From positions 161,376,386 through 161,440,385 of the forward strand of contig NC_068981.1 of the NCBI RefSeq assembly GCF_001194135.2: a stretch of DNA of 64,000 nucleotides, written 5' to 3'. The notes beneath the pieces are model-generated. The model did no database searches. It saw only the letters and a list, made by a program, of their open reading frames with translations, and had not been told where the DNA came from. Of this stretch, positions 63,207 through 64,000 are shown in pieces (the stretch's first letter is position 1; every line of letters begins with the position of its first letter). Source of the stretch: Octopus bimaculoides. Its lineage: Eukaryota. Both the position numbers and the translations under genes were made by a program.

Positions 63207-64000
63207 TATATACATATATATATTTGATATGGATATAGGCTGCCTAACAGATGGTACACAGATAAGACAAATGAATGACTCAGTGACTATTACGTGTGTG
63301 TGTGCGCGCGCGTGTGCACGTGCAAAGAAAGACTAAGGGGTAAAGTAGGTTATCATAATCAAATTACAAAGTTTACTTAAAAGGAAACATGAGTGAGGAA
63401 GTAAATAGCCATTAATTATATAAATGAAATGTTAAAAGATGACGATGACGAAAGAAAATGGTCATGGTGACATATTAATGGAGTCATTAATATAAAACAT
63501 TAATAGTGTCGTTAATATAAGTTGTAGTTATCTCACTAATCAGGATATTCATATCCAATATACGGTGTCATATAGCAAAAAACCACAAGAGATCCTCTAT
63601 GTGGTTGCTGTACCTGCTAGAAATAGCAGCCAAATGTCCTCCAAATTATATTCAACGGTCTTTAAAAATATAGTTCTGAATCGACTATATAATGGGCGAT
63701 GGTCATGATTGAAATGTTTTTGATTATTAATCTCAAAATTAGGGTTTACCAGGGATAAACGAGAACGATATATGTCACACCAAAGAAAGTGACACTTTTT
63801 ATTGTTGTAACATGCCCAATTTGGTATCTCCCATTTGTTGTTGTCTCTAAAGAGTCAATAAAATGTGTCAAAGCAACTGACTGGAAGGAATGTTTCACTC
63901 CAGTGAGTTTTAACAAAAAGTATGGGATGAAACACTAGCAGCACTAGTTTTTCTTTGGTGGTTCTTGAGAAAATTTAAGTTCAATATCTGAAGCTAATGA

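Overview
AT-rich, repeat-dense eukaryotic (animal) draft-assembly sequence with several N gaps and abundant (TA)n, (CA)n, (GA)n, (TAA)n and (TGA)n microsatellites. I can support no host protein-coding exon: the supplied ORFs are microsatellite read-throughs, SINE read-throughs, gap-spanning artefacts or decayed transposon frames. The repeat repertoire looks like a cephalopod (octopus-like) intron or intergenic region. That assignment is inference from recalled repeat style, not a database result. Supported content: at least four tRNA-derived SINE types in many copies (my labels A, B, C and E; A carries an internal microsatellite; C and E share a 3' tail); RTE-clade LINE 3' fragments with (TGA)n tails; an R4/Dong-like LINE 3' end sitting in a (TAA)n array; decayed Tc1/mariner transposases of DD37D (maT) and DD41D (rosa) spacing; several non-autonomous TIR elements (mariner-like, Tc2-like, and piggyBac-like with TTAA duplications); and a minimal hammerhead-ribozyme-like motif of the Penelope type. 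The most unusual objects are two unrelated inverted-repeat elements about 550 bp apart (59991-60294 and ~60851-61178+) that each carry inverted telomere-like (TTAGGG/CCCTAA) repeats at their centre. No CRISPR array, rRNA or intact tRNA gene was found. SINE and LINE-fragment boundaries are read by eye and are approximate to within tens of bases unless TIRs or TSDs are quoted.
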